Source: Patescibacteria group bacterium (lineage in GTDB: Bacteria; Patescibacteriota; WWE3; UBA101185; UBA10185). From it: a DNA stretch of 45,830 nt. The translations under genes were made by a program, and so were the position numbers. Shown in pieces: positions 45,634 to 45,830 of the stretch. Numbering within the stretch: position 1 is the first letter of the stretch; every line of letters begins with the position of its first letter. The DNA is taken from positions 1-45,830 of the forward strand of contig JBAQUF010000046.1 in NCBI GenBank assembly GCA_049297375.1. The letters are read 5' to 3'. Under the pieces are notes generated by a model. That model ran no database searches and was not told the DNA's origin. It saw only the letters and a program-made list of their open reading frames with translations.

Positions 45634-45830
45634 TTATAAGGACAGTAAATCAATATCTAAGCTTGTTATTTCTTCTAGTTCTTTATCGCTAAAATTCTGC
45701 AAAACCCAATCTTCAACTAAAATATTCTTATTATCAGGTCTTCCTATTCCTACTCTAACTCTCCAAAAGTCTAGAGTTCCAATACTTTCAATAATACTTT
45801 CTACTCCATGGTGTCCTGCAGATCCAGACC
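45634..45830 (-). CDS. pth: peptidyl-tRNA hydrolase, C-terminal part (runs off the right edge)
   Basis: Not in the ORF track because no start lies in the window. The minus-strand frame reads SGSAGHHGVESIIESIGTLDFWRVRVGIGRPDNKNILVEDWVLQNFSDKELEEI...* with stop at 45634-45636. G.GGHNG...F.R.R.GIGRP...V..YVL..F is the Pth pattern. Confidence 0.8.
   Translation of the reverse strand, partial: SGSAGHHGVESIIESIGTLDFWRVRVGIGRPDNKNILVEDWVLQNFSDKELEEITSLDIDLLSL

Overview
AT-rich bacterial window with compact gene packing, standard genetic code and TGA used as a stop. The small housekeeping genes suggest a reduced genome of the CPR/Patescibacteria kind, but that is inference only. All calls come from reading the ORF translations and the DNA by eye; no homology search was run.

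Layout:
(1) 1-16.3 kb is an accessory/defence-type region. It holds a phage- or plasmid-like replication module (Prim-Pol/DUF3987 primase, small zinc-ribbon, RHH-like and HTH proteins, XRE repressor). Next come an ADP-ribosylglycohydrolase operon and a three-gene operon of unknown function (990 aa, 241 aa and a 96 aa membrane protein). A complete type I R-M operon (hsdM-hsdS-hsdR) follows, extended by a frameshifted zinc-ribbon gene and a SEC-C-motif gene.
(2) 17-29.4 kb is housekeeping: hisS, an EamA transporter, rpmE, prfA, an S41 protease, two unknown genes, rpsR-ssb-rpsF, ychF, a flavoprotein and a fic-tgt pair.
(3) 29.5-33.8 kb is a sharply G+C-richer four-gene island on the minus strand. 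It encodes a 672 aa protein with an internal tandem domain duplication, a small P-loop ATPase immediately followed by a Csx3-like protein (cA4 ring-nuclease family), and a 219 aa unknown protein. Each transcription unit ends in a copy of a related hairpin/terminator element. No cas genes or CRISPR array are in the window. This is my best candidate for an undescribed system.
(4) 33.7-34.6 kb is a 0.9 kb ORF-free AT-rich gap with several palindromes.
(5) 34.6-41.9 kb holds a TrmB-like regulator, a 910 aa protein with a C-terminal SAM methyltransferase domain preceded by a stand-alone GGQ (RF-1 domain) protein, a divergent pair (possible PD-(D/E)xK-like protein plus a zf-HC2 protein) and a secreted multidomain protein.
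(6) 41.9-45.8 kb holds cysS, recR, dnaX and a partial pth.

No rRNA, tRNA, CRISPR array, transposase or integrase was found.
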